Below, piece after piece: positions 9,961 through 18,819 of a stretch of DNA of 64,000 bases. Made by a program: the position numbers and the translations under genes. The DNA comes from a virus: IMG/VR virus record IMGVR_UViG_3300011114_001049, positions 36,275 through 100,274 of that record; one strand, 5' to 3'. How positions within the stretch are numbered: position 1 is the first letter of the stretch; each line of letters opens with the position of its first letter. Under the pieces are notes generated by a model. The model did no database searches and had not been told where the DNA came from. It was given only the letters and a program-made list of their open reading frames with translations.

Positions 9961-10542
9961 ATGAAAAGATACGTTAAGCTTTTTGAAAGATATGTTAGAG
10001 AAAACGAAGAAATTGAGCAATTCGGTGACTCAGAATATATGCCTAGTGACGATATGTCTAATAACAATATATATGGCGATTATGACCAAGATGAAATGTC
10101 TAAACCTGAAGTTGTTGAACTTATCGCAAAATACTTTAAAACTAAAATACTACCTGAATTAGAGCCAGAAGAAAAGGCTGAATTAAAAGATATGGCAAGA
10201 GAAGCTACTCCTGAAATGACAGAAGAATATCTTAATGAAGACTTGAGAGATAGATTTAAAAGTTTTAAAGAAAAGGCTATGATCGGTGGTGGACTTGCAA
10301 CAATGGTAACAGGAATGATTACTGCTCTTGGTGAATTTACGGGTTACTCAGAATCTGAGTTAACTATGAGAATTCACGACTTCGTTGAAGGTTTTGGGGC
10401 AGGTCGATACTCAGGTCCGATAACTGTGGCAATGGTATTTGCAGGAATAACAATGGCGTTAAAAGGATATTCAGATAGAGCAAACAGATTAGATACTCCA
10501 TATACAAAAGGTAAAGGTGGAAATGGATTTAACTCGTATTGA
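9961..10542 (+). CDS. putative internal virion protein with two hydrophobic helices
   Basis: N-terminus MKRYVKLFERYVRE; two TM-like segments. Confidence 0.6.
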   Translation: MKRYVKLFERYVRENEEIEQFGDSEYMPSDDMSNNNIYGDYDQDEMSKPEVVELIAKYFKTKILPELEPEEKAELKDMAREATPEMTEEYLNEDLRDRFKSFKEKAMIGGGLATMVTGMITALGEFTGYSESELTMRIHDFVEGFGAGRYSGPITVAMVFAGITMALKGYSDRANRLDTPYTKGKGGNGFNSY

Positions 10543-10578
10543 GTTAGATAAGATAAAGGCTTGTATTTTAAGATTTTA

Positions 10579-11106
10579 TCATCCTTGAGTTTCTAGGTAT
10601 TTCTTAAACCCTGTGCAAGCTTTAACGATTTCTCCGTTGTTGCTTAAATCTCCAACTATGTAATCAAGACTACCCTCGTCGTCGCTTGCAAATGCAGCAC
10701 CAATGACAAATTCTGAACCGTTGTAAGCAAGCTCACTATAGTCTAACATGGAGTTAAGGTAGTACTCAGTGTCTGCCACGGGTATTAGTAATTCGTTCAT
10801 AAAGTTAGAACTGTCAATCTCTGTGTTGTTAACGTCAAGTTCTACACCGCATCTTTTGAATGCATCAGCAACATACTCAAGAAAAGGCGGTAAGTCTTTC
10901 TTAATAATTCCAGTAAGTGGAACAGGCTTAGCTTTCTTCATTGCTTCAACCGCAACTACTTCTACTTCCTTGTCTTCCATGTCCTCGACATTCTTACTGG
11001 TTCCGCTTAGCAGTTGTGCACCTACATCCCATAAATCTGCGTCTCTGCCATTGTTGTAATTGATGCCCTCATTGATATTTGAGAAGTACTCGTTGATGTT
11101 TTTCAT
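10579..11106 (-). CDS. hypothetical acidic protein, CTS-like N-terminus
   Basis: MKNINEYFSNINE. Confidence 0.6.
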   Translation of the reverse strand: MKNINEYFSNINEGINYNNGRDADLWDVGAQLLSGTSKNVEDMEDKEVEVVAVEAMKKAKPVPLTGIIKKDLPPFLEYVADAFKRCGVELDVNNTEIDSSNFMNELLIPVADTEYYLNSMLDYSELAYNGSEFVIGAAFASDDEGSLDYIVGDLSNNGEIVKACTGFKKYLETQG

Positions 11107-11167
11107 ATTATCTTTGTTTTTCTTTTAATTATTTTGCTAATGAATAGATTAGATTATAGATATACAG

Positions 11168-11195
11168 AAAAACCCCTTTATTCAAGGGGTTTTTT
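11168..11195. terminator. intrinsic terminator hairpin, potentially bidirectional
   Basis: AAAAACCCCTT-TATTC-AAGGGGTTTTT at the end of the 11178 gene. Confidence 0.75.
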
Positions 11196-11516
11196 ATTTT
11201 CCTTTAGATAGTCTTCTAAAATTTTTACAATTTCATCAATCTCATATCTAGCTTCATCACTAACCAATTTAAAATTTTTGTATTTGAAAAGAAATAACCA
11301 AAAGAATGCAAAGTGAATTAAGAGCATAAGAAATAAGGTAGCTATTGTGATTCCCAACATACATAAGACGGGTACTCCAAACGTTATTAGGTAAAACACA
11401 AAATTAAAAATTTCTGTATTAGCAATAGATAAAAACTTATATTGCCAAATCACCCTTTTTAATTTGTTTGGCGGTAAGTCTTTATGTAAGTCAGCTTCTT
11501 CTTTGATTTTAGACAT
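11178..11516 (-). CDS. membrane protein with 2 TM segments (start probably ATG 11516)
   Basis: Hydrophobic core; a promoter motif lies at 11539-11565, inside the longer track ORF. Confidence 0.65.
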   Translation of the reverse strand: MSKIKEEADLHKDLPPNKLKRVIWQYKFLSIANTEIFNFVFYLITFGVPVLCMLGITIATLFLMLLIHFAFFWLFLFKYKNFKLVSDEARYEIDEIVKILEDYLKENKKPLE

Positions 11517-11538
11517 AATCGTAGTTTTTAATAATATT

Positions 11539-11565
11539 ATTATACTAAATAGAAGCAATTAGTTA
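11539..11565 (-). promoter_or_regulatory. class-II promoter motif TAAC-N17-TATAAT
   Basis: Same geometry at 7 intergenic sites. Confidence 0.55.
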
Positions 11566-11615
11566 AATAATTACTCCACTTAAAACCCAACAAATAGTTC
11601 TTAGTTAAATATAGT

Positions 11616-11686
11616 TAGAGCCTGACACTAGTCGGCGCTGAGTCCTTTGGGCTTTTGAGTTGTCTTAGGCAGCAATAGCGTCGGCC
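11616..11686 (+). ncRNA. putative structured 5' leader (three-way junction) plus a 10-nt segment complementary to the 3' UTR
   Basis: P1 11631-39/11677-85, P2 11640-45/11649-54, P3 11659-64/11668-73 with 6 G-U pairs; TAGAGCCTGA complementary to 12484-93. Confidence 0.55.
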
Positions 11687-11706
11687 ATAAAAAAACAAGG
11701 TAAAAT

Positions 11707-12474
11707 ATGTACACATCAAATTCAACTGCGTCTAACTCGACGCCCACTGCTAATATTGCAGTAAATCGAAATCGCCTTAAGCATTACACAGGCGATCTAG
11801 TCTATTTAAAGGATGGAACTCATTTTGAAATAGAACTATACAACCCAAAAACCTTCAAGGTCCTGGCTAAAATCTTAGTCAACGGCATAAACGTCTCCGC
11901 TGCAGGCATAGTCATTAGGCCTGGAGAAAGAGTCTTTTTAGAAAGATGGCTGGACAAGTCTAATAAGTTTCTATTTGAGACTTATGAAGTAGACGATTCT
12001 CTAGAGTCTAGAGAAGCAATAGCTCAAAACGGTAAAGTAATAGTTGAGTTCTACGATGAAGTTCAACAAGTAAGCCAGTTCAATCTAGTTGGTCCAAGCA
12101 CGACTGTAAACTCGCTCCTCTTAACTGACTCTCCGACTTGGACAACTAATCCTGTCTATACGGGCACGACTAGCACTCCGTCTTTTGGAGGAACTACTGT
12201 AAATTATTCTACTCAAACGATTGGTGCAAACGCAAGTATAGCAGGTAGTTTGGAAACAGGTAGGGTCGAGAGCGGAGAATCTTCAACTCAAGAATTCTCA
12301 TCAGACTTTACAGGCTTTAACTATTGGATAAATCACAAAGTAGGAATAACTCTCCTACCTGAATCACAAAAGCAGGTAGAAGTAAATGAGATTCGAAACT
12401 ATTGTACTGAATGCGGAACCAGAATGAAGGCAAAGAGCTGGAAGTTCTGTCCTACATGCGGCACAAAAATATAA
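11707..12474 (+). CDS. beta-sandwich-like protein with C-terminal zinc ribbon
   Basis: CTECG...CPTCG; Ser/Thr-rich linker. Confidence 0.75.
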   Translation: MYTSNSTASNSTPTANIAVNRNRLKHYTGDLVYLKDGTHFEIELYNPKTFKVLAKILVNGINVSAAGIVIRPGERVFLERWLDKSNKFLFETYEVDDSLESREAIAQNGKVIVEFYDEVQQVSQFNLVGPSTTVNSLLLTDSPTWTTNPVYTGTTSTPSFGGTTVNYSTQTIGANASIAGSLETGRVESGESSTQEFSSDFTGFNYWINHKVGITLLPESQKQVEVNEIRNYCTECGTRMKAKSWKFCPTCGTKI

Positions 12475-12496
12475 ATTTTAAAATCAGGCTCTACTG

Positions 12497-12522
12497 AAGG
12501 ATCTCTAGTGAGGTCCTTTTTT
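12497..12522 (+). terminator. rho-independent terminator
   Basis: AAGGATCTC-TAGT-GAGGTCCTT followed by a T run. Confidence 0.75.
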
Positions 12523-12533
12523 GTTTAGGTAGA

Positions 12534-12542
12534 GATAAATAA
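12534..12542 (+). promoter_or_regulatory. late-promoter-like motif GATAAATAA (representative of ~20 copies)
   Basis: Recurs just upstream of structural and CTS-bearing genes; resembles T4 late TATAAATA. Confidence 0.6.
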
Positions 12543-12546
12543 ATTC

Positions 12547-13890
12547 ATGAAGCATGTTGCACTATTTGAAAGCTGGATGAGAGAGGAAACGATCATACTT
12601 ACCTCAAGACAAGGTAGAACGATTAGAGTAAAGTCTGTCCACGGTAAGATCGAAGAGATCGATAACGAAGCAGAAATAAGATTTCCTTTTGTGACAGGTC
12701 AGCCAATCACAGTCTTGATGAAGAGTTGGGCCTGTACTAACGGTTTCAAGTGGAACGGTAAAAGTGTTTGTCCAGAAGAAAAAGTATTCGGTATACACAA
12801 GAAAGATATTCCGATGGGTCACGAGTTAAGAATGATGTTTCCTAATAAGTTTAGAAATGAATCGCTAGATAGTATGTCGCTATTAGAAATTTCAAATGGA
12901 GCCATTCCTGATAGTGAGCTGACTGTACTTAACAAGCCTACTGGAGAAAAAGGCGATTCTAAAGTAAGATTAAATTCTAAAGCAGCTATTGATTTTAATA
13001 ATATGGTTGCTGCTGCTAGACTAGAAGGTGTTAATATTGAAGTTAGTCAAGGTTATAGAGACTTGGGTAGTAAAGAGAGAGGTTGTGCTGATGGTTTTAC
13101 TCAATGGTGTGCTTGGAATAAGTATAAGTCAGGAACGGGTAATTTAGCAGCTAGACCAGGAACATCTAATCACGGTAAAGGAAGTGCAGTTGATGTAAAA
13201 AATTGTAGAAAGGGAGGAGCTGTGCACAACTGGTTGAAAATAAACGCTTCTAAGTTTAATTTTAGACCGCTTGCTAGTGAAGCTTGGCACTGGGACCATT
13301 CATCAAGTCGTGAAAGTATTATATCTTCGCTTGACGTGAGTAATACATCTTCACCAGGGAGCGATACTCAATTTACAAATTCTAAAAAATTACCTGAAAA
13401 AATTAAATCTTCAATAGATAAACTAAAAACAAAGTACGGTATTGACATTACTCAATCACACATTGATAAAGAATTTAAACAAGAAGGTGATATACAACCA
13501 GATAACGGTAGAGTTGATAGTGAAGCTAAGAAAAACATTGAAAAATTAATAAAAGATTGTAAAGTATTAAACCCTAACGTTAGGTTTCCTGTAGACATTG
13601 TTTCTGATTATAGAAGTTATGATGACCAAGTAGATAATTTTGGAACAAAGGCTAAAACAAGAGGCGTTGATGACACACAAAAGTATAACACAATTCCTGG
13701 TTTTTCTCAACACCACACAGGAAAGGCTTTTGATATATTTAGTACTGAACCTACTTGGTGGGATACAAATTTAGAAGTTAAAAATTGGGTTGCAGATAAT
13801 TGTAAAAAATATGGGTTTAAGGTAACTTACACAGTTGATGGTGTAATTAGAAAAAAAGAGCCTTGGCATCTATTTTATGTTGGTAGTTAA
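12547..13890 (+). CDS. tandem M15 (VanY/D-Ala-D-Ala carboxypeptidase-like) peptidoglycan peptidase
   Basis: Two complete motif sets: SxH-x6-D...ExWH (SNHGKGSAVD/EAWH and SQHHTGKAFD/EPWH). Confidence 0.85.
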   Translation: MKHVALFESWMREETIILTSRQGRTIRVKSVHGKIEEIDNEAEIRFPFVTGQPITVLMKSWACTNGFKWNGKSVCPEEKVFGIHKKDIPMGHELRMMFPNKFRNESLDSMSLLEISNGAIPDSELTVLNKPTGEKGDSKVRLNSKAAIDFNNMVAAARLEGVNIEVSQGYRDLGSKERGCADGFTQWCAWNKYKSGTGNLAARPGTSNHGKGSAVDVKNCRKGGAVHNWLKINASKFNFRPLASEAWHWDHSSSRESIISSLDVSNTSSPGSDTQFTNSKKLPEKIKSSIDKLKTKYGIDITQSHIDKEFKQEGDIQPDNGRVDSEAKKNIEKLIKDCKVLNPNVRFPVDIVSDYRSYDDQVDNFGTKAKTRGVDDTQKYNTIPGFSQHHTGKAFDIFSTEPTWWDTNLEVKNWVADNCKKYGFKVTYTVDGVIRKKEPWHLFYVGS

Positions 13891-13924
13891 TTAACTGATC
13901 TAACCCTAATTTTGAAAAGAGAAG

Positions 13925-15148
13925 TTAAAGAGCTAGCCAATCTTTGAAACTTAATGCCTTATTCTCAACAACTTGTTCCTTTCTCCTAAAAATATCAGCC
14001 GCTCGTACAGCATCAATAGCTTCTTTTGAAATCCAATTCTCAGTCTTAAAGTATGGATAATTAGACTTAGTTGAGTCGATTGCAATCTCAGAAACAAGAC
14101 CAGTATTTATGACATATGCACCTTTGCCAGTCTCTTTGGCTAAACTAACAGTGTCTCCTTTCTTGATTATTCTCCGGTTTGAAGGCCTAGGTGCATTAAA
14201 TGCTGCTTCAGCTGCGGTCCCATCAGGTTTAGTGGTTAACCAATAAACCCATTTGTCTCCTACTTCTAACCATATCTCGTTACCTGTGATTCCTTTAACT
14301 AGATTAGATGTTAGAACAGGTAGAGCTCCCCATACTCCAAACTTCTCGTTTCTTTCCATGAACCACGTTCTATTTGAGACAGTCATTTGCTTTGAAGCCT
14401 CAACCCTTACACCAAAGTCACCAGATCTAAACTCAGTATCAATATCAGCAGCAACCCTCTCAGTAAACTCTTTTATTTTGTCAGTGGTCTGTTTACGAAA
14501 ATCTTCTGGTGACGATAGATCTAAACTTAATAATCCTCTACGTGCAACATCTGTCGATACTTGATGAGCAGACTTTATCTCGCTCGTTAAACTAAAGTCA
14601 ATTCCTGATACTCTAGATAGCCTAGCAAGTTCTGCTTCCCTAGACGAGACTAGGTGTTTTATTGATCGATCTATTATTGTATCTAACTGACTGCTGTTTC
14701 TGCCGTCGCTATTATGTAACAAGATAGTCTGTACGTCAGTTCCAATCGTTACTATCCAAAAATTAGTACCTTCGCGAGTGACTGTCTTATCTAGATCAGA
14801 TCTTTCATATACTGAAAATACTGGAGTTGCTTTAGTACCGTCAGGTAGGATAACTTGAGGCCTAGCCATCAAGACAAGACCAATCTTTGTAGGTTCGATT
14901 GTAGTTTCCCTAAAGAGCACACTCTCAGCAGGTTCAGCTAAAGTAGACAAAGTTTTCCTAAAGAAATATTCTATTTGACTAGTAGTTTCTTCGTCCAATT
15001 TAACAAACGTCTGTGATTTTCCAGTCTGTACTCCAATAACTTTAAGATTAGCTAATCGCCGGTCTGCTCTTTCTAAAAAATGCGCGCCTTTATCTGAGTC
15101 CTTTAGTGAAAGTGCCTCAGTAAGGAACTGATCAAAGCTTTTTATCAT
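13925..15148 (-). CDS. putative internal virion protein
   Basis: MIKSFDQFLTE at the N-terminus, KALSFKDWL at the C-terminus; GATAAATAA at 15166-74. Confidence 0.6.
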   Translation of the reverse strand: MIKSFDQFLTEALSLKDSDKGAHFLERADRRLANLKVIGVQTGKSQTFVKLDEETTSQIEYFFRKTLSTLAEPAESVLFRETTIEPTKIGLVLMARPQVILPDGTKATPVFSVYERSDLDKTVTREGTNFWIVTIGTDVQTILLHNSDGRNSSQLDTIIDRSIKHLVSSREAELARLSRVSGIDFSLTSEIKSAHQVSTDVARRGLLSLDLSSPEDFRKQTTDKIKEFTERVAADIDTEFRSGDFGVRVEASKQMTVSNRTWFMERNEKFGVWGALPVLTSNLVKGITGNEIWLEVGDKWVYWLTTKPDGTAAEAAFNAPRPSNRRIIKKGDTVSLAKETGKGAYVINTGLVSEIAIDSTKSNYPYFKTENWISKEAIDAVRAADIFRRKEQVVENKALSFKDWLAL

Positions 15149-15242
15149 TAACTGAATAATTTAGATTATTTATCTAACCTGTTCTGTCCTTAATTCTAAA
15201 CCGTAAGTAAAGATAAAAATCTGGTTGGGATAAATAATAAAA

Positions 15243-15689
15243 ATGAAGAAGTTAAAGTTTATATTAGAAAGCAGAGAATACTTTGCAATAGATGGTATCG
15301 AGTGGAAAGACATCAAATTTGTCACGACTGGTAAGGACGACAACCTGATGTATCTTGGAGTCATCCTACCTGGGGACAGCGAGCCCTTAGAAGGATTAGA
15401 ACTGACTATTCAAGTAGTAATGAATGCTCTGTATCAGCCTCATATAAGTCTTCCTGAGGAGCTTAGAGGTAAGGGCTTGACAGTTAAGATATATCGAGCA
15501 CTAGTTGAAAGGCTCGGTCATCTATATTCAGGTAAAGGGCGCAGACAAAACCCAATGATAGATAGAGTTTGGGTAAAGCTTAAGATGGATCCTACTATAC
15601 GCTGTGCTGAGAATTCAATAGGCACTGCATGCTGGTTACCAGATGACGAACTTGGAACTTCTCTTGAAGATTTTCTTGGGGATGAATAA
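15243..15689 (+). CDS. GNAT-like acetyltransferase
   Basis: LPEELRGKGLTVKIY resembles the acetyl-CoA-binding loop. Confidence 0.55.
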   Translation: MKKLKFILESREYFAIDGIEWKDIKFVTTGKDDNLMYLGVILPGDSEPLEGLELTIQVVMNALYQPHISLPEELRGKGLTVKIYRALVERLGHLYSGKGRRQNPMIDRVWVKLKMDPTIRCAENSIGTACWLPDDELGTSLEDFLGDE

Positions 15690-15702
15690 ATAAAAGAAAA
15701 AG

Positions 15703-15981
15703 ATGAAAAGATATTTTTTAGGTTGGGAAAACATTAAATGGATAATAAGAGAACTTGGAAAAATGTATTCTTCAACGATTTCATTCTTTTCTAAGAAGAG
15801 AATTGAATCAGGCTTAGCTTTTATTATTGGCCAATGGGGAATGATTTTTTTTATGTTAGAGAATCACTCTAACATGTCAACGTCAGATCTAGTATTATGG
15901 ACAAGCGTTGAATTTTTAATTGCTGGTTATACAACTCACCATATTCAAAAGGAAAAGAGAGAAAAAGAAAACGAAGGATGA
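15703..15981 (+). CDS. small 2-TM membrane protein (possible holin)
   Basis: Two hydrophobic helices and a charged tail; directly upstream of a lysozyme. Confidence 0.5.
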   Translation: MKRYFLGWENIKWIIRELGKMYSSTISFFSKKRIESGLAFIIGQWGMIFFMLENHSNMSTSDLVLWTSVEFLIAGYTTHHIQKEKREKENEG

Positions 15982-16544
15982 AACACATATTAGAAAGAAG
16001 GGAATGGACTAGGTTAAACGAGACGTATTTTAGCAAAGGCTCTGCTTTTGAGAAATCAAAAGAAAAAGCTATTGCTATAATGAGTAAGCTTTCAGACAAA
16101 GGGCTATCGCCTGTTGCAGCGGCAGCTGTTGTCGGTAACATGTTTAAAGAATCAGTATTCGACCCAAATGCAAGATCACCAGACGGAGGGTATGTTGGCT
16201 TATGCCAATGGGGAGGACCTCGTAAGGCTAAGCTAATGGCTAAACCCAAGTGGAACACCGTCGATACTCAAATAGATTTTATAATGGATGAGCTTGCTAC
16301 ACTGACTTACTTCGATAAAGCAACGCAAAAGAAAGTTCTAATTAAGGATGCAATAACTAATGCTGCTACTCCGGAAAAGGCTGCTGAGCTTTTTGCTAGG
16401 CGATATGAAGTATGTGCTGACCCTACTTCTGAAAAAAGGATAAATGGTGCAAAGGAGATACACGATATTTATGTGTCGCAGATCGCTGCATTTACTGGGC
16501 CAGACAGCAGTGCAGACGCTATGTTAGACGAACCCGTTCCTTAG
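15978..16544 (+). CDS. phage tail lysozyme-like muramidase
   Basis: AAAVVGNMFKES...GLCQW...YE motif. Confidence 0.8.
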   Translation: MKHILERREWTRLNETYFSKGSAFEKSKEKAIAIMSKLSDKGLSPVAAAAVVGNMFKESVFDPNARSPDGGYVGLCQWGGPRKAKLMAKPKWNTVDTQIDFIMDELATLTYFDKATQKKVLIKDAITNAATPEKAAELFARRYEVCADPTSEKRINGAKEIHDIYVSQIAAFTGPDSSADAMLDEPVP

Positions 16545-16707
16545 ATAAAGGTTTATTCCTTTTATAGGGAGAATAATATCTTTCCTCTAGGTATTCCAAA
16601 ACATCGATAGGTAATGGCAGCTCAGTAGTCTCAACCGACCACTTCAATACTTCTGCCTTAATTTCTTCCCAGTTTGTCGGGAATGGCAAATCATCTTGTG
16701 TATCCAA
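16519..16707 (-). CDS. hypothetical protein (start probably TTG 16707)
   Basis: Follows the small lipoprotein gene. Confidence 0.5.
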   Translation of the reverse strand: MDTQDDLPFPTNWEEIKAEVLKWSVETTELPLPIDVLEYLEERYYSPYKRNKPLSKERVRLT

Positions 16708-16711
16708 TATG

Positions 16712-16831
16712 TTATTTTTTAGAGTGTTCAACTTTACTGTATGCATCACAGCCTGCTTGTTTACTTGACTTACAACTAATTAGTACAATCAGTATGAGCA
16801 TTAGCGTTATAGCTTTCATAGCCTTTATCAT
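16712..16831 (-). CDS. tiny lipoprotein (39 aa, not in track)
   Basis: MIKAMKAITLMLILIVLIS-CKSSKQAGCDAYSKVEHSKK; lipobox LISC. Confidence 0.65.
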   Translation of the reverse strand: MIKAMKAITLMLILIVLISCKSSKQAGCDAYSKVEHSKK

Positions 16832-16866
16832 TATTTTTTTATTAAAATACAATAATTTAAAACAAA

Positions 16867-17262
16867 CTAAAAATCATAGTCGGAAAAGTCAATTCTTCCT
16901 TGTACAGAGTCTAGTGCATCTCTTAGGTTTGTATGTAGAGCAGTGAGCCAATGAAATGGAGTCTTGTTATTATTCTTGACTACGCTAATTCTTCCTGGAG
17001 AATTTAAGTTTAGCGTTTCTCTTAGGGAAGATTCGTCTCTCCAACTTATCTTATCACCTTTTAATCTTCCATCATTCCATTCAATACGATAGAATACATC
17101 AGATAGAAACATCATCTCAGCTCCGGGTCTAACTTCTATTGAATTCAAAACGTGTGCAGCATAAAGAGGTCGACTGCCTTTTTTAGGTTTTCCTTTTATT
17201 AAAACAATCGCATTATGCTGAACTGCTTCCAATAACTCATCGAATGATATTATGTGTTTCAT
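16867..17262 (-). CDS. hypothetical protein, CTS-like N-terminus
   Basis: MKHIISFDELLE; AATAAATAA at 17269-77. Confidence 0.65.
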   Translation of the reverse strand: MKHIISFDELLEAVQHNAIVLIKGKPKKGSRPLYAAHVLNSIEVRPGAEMMFLSDVFYRIEWNDGRLKGDKISWRDESSLRETLNLNSPGRISVVKNNNKTPFHWLTALHTNLRDALDSVQGRIDFSDYDF

Positions 17263-17307
17263 ACTAGTTTATTTATTAGAGAGGATAAATAAAACAAAAG
17301 ATTTGCG

Positions 17308-18072
17308 TTGAGTAGAGCAGTAAGTTTTAGAAATTTTTTATTAGAAGATTTTGAATATCACAAGGAGCTTTGTCCTAAGGTTTGGGAAGCATCTGAAAAG
17401 ACTGGTGGGCAGTTTAGGATAAAACCTGAAATCAGAGAAAAATTGATGGCGATAGCTAGTGACTTTTGGAAATCTCTAAAACTTGAAGTCAAAGCAGTAG
17501 ACGTTCAGCTGACTGGCTCTTTGGCTAACTATAATTGGACAAATGCTTCTGACTTAGACGTACACATCATAGTTGATTTTGCAGAGGTAAACCAAGACAT
17601 TGAATTGGTTAGAAAAGCATTAGACGGACAGCGTTTTGTCTGGAATCTAAGACACCCAGTAGTCATCGAAGGTCATGATGTTGAGTGTTATGTTCAGCAT
17701 ACTGAAGCACAACACAAAGCATCGGGTCTCTATTCTTTATTAAGGGATAGGTGGATAATTGTACCGTTTTACAGTCCTCCAAATGTAGATGAACGGGATG
17801 TTAAAGAGAAAACTAGAGTAATAGTAAAGGAGGTTAATGAGATAGAGAATAGATCTAAATCAACAGCTGGTAAAGATGCTAGAGAACTTTTAGATTACTT
17901 AGAAAGGCTTAAGGCAAAGATAATGGCAGATCGTAAATTTGGATTATATGACACTATTTCTGGAGAGTATTCAGTAGAAAACCTAGTTTTTAAAGAGCTT
18001 AGAAAGAATGGGACGATTGAAAAGATAATAGATTTAGCTTCTAATTTATATTCTAAGATTTATTATGAATAA
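17308..18072 (+). CDS. Pol-beta superfamily nucleotidyltransferase
   Basis: LTGSLANY...SDLDVH (hGS-x9-DxD) plus a third acidic residue in VECY. Confidence 0.8.
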   Translation: MSRAVSFRNFLLEDFEYHKELCPKVWEASEKTGGQFRIKPEIREKLMAIASDFWKSLKLEVKAVDVQLTGSLANYNWTNASDLDVHIIVDFAEVNQDIELVRKALDGQRFVWNLRHPVVIEGHDVECYVQHTEAQHKASGLYSLLRDRWIIVPFYSPPNVDERDVKEKTRVIVKEVNEIENRSKSTAGKDARELLDYLERLKAKIMADRKFGLYDTISGEYSVENLVFKELRKNGTIEKIIDLASNLYSKIYYE

Positions 18073-18092
18073 ATAAAAAAAAAATACAACAC

Positions 18093-18812
18093 ATGTATAA
18101 ATATTTTGACTTTAAAAAGATATTTGAAGACGACGGTTCGATGATGCCACCTGAGCCAAGCACAACTGTCTCTGCACCTGAAGAGTTCTACGTAAATCTT
18201 AAGGAAATTAACAAAACTAGTAAATTACATATTCTTCTTAAAGGGACTGATGTAGATATTTTGAAGACACAAGGATCATTAACAACGACTGCTGAGTTCA
18301 AGAAAATTGGTAATGAGACGATGATCAACCCTGTACAAATTATTCTATTCAATGCAGACGCAGGTAAAAATATTCCTGAAGCGACAGGTAATGTCTTAAT
18401 CCTAACACTAACTAACGAAATAATGACTAGAGTGTTAGAAGGAATAGACGGTGGAAATACAATAGAAGAGGAGATCGCTGCACCAAATGAACAGCTAGGT
18501 GGAGAAAGGATAAAAGTATCATTTACTAGAGAAATTGATGTTACTAATGTTAAGTCTGGCGAGATTGTATCTCCAGTAGCAGATACAGATATTCTTCCAG
18601 CAGAAGCAGAGGCAATGACGACTATGGAGGCTATGCCCGAATCAATAGGCCGACTTTTAAAGTTTAATGAGTTTGTAAATGAGAGCAAGAAGAAAGAGAA
18701 GATGATGCTTGATACTAAAGTAAAGAGTATACCAACAAAGAAGAAAAAACCAGAAGCTGATGAAATTGCTAAAGAGCTAAAGAAGCTCGAAGGTAAGCTT
18801 GTTAAAAAATAA
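18093..18812 (+). CDS. hypothetical protein with N-terminal and internal CTS-like motifs
   Basis: MYKYFDFKKIFE; RLLKFNEFVNE. Confidence 0.65.
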   Translation: MYKYFDFKKIFEDDGSMMPPEPSTTVSAPEEFYVNLKEINKTSKLHILLKGTDVDILKTQGSLTTTAEFKKIGNETMINPVQIILFNADAGKNIPEATGNVLILTLTNEIMTRVLEGIDGGNTIEEEIAAPNEQLGGERIKVSFTREIDVTNVKSGEIVSPVADTDILPAEAEAMTTMEAMPESIGRLLKFNEFVNESKKKEKMMLDTKVKSIPTKKKKPEADEIAKELKKLEGKLVKK

Positions 18813-18819
18813 AAAAGAA

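Noticed and set aside
11616-12493. Retron, hammerhead ribozyme or IS element explanation of the inverted repeat and leader
   Set aside because: No reverse transcriptase or transposase nearby; the CUGAnGA/GAAA core is absent; no target-site duplication seen
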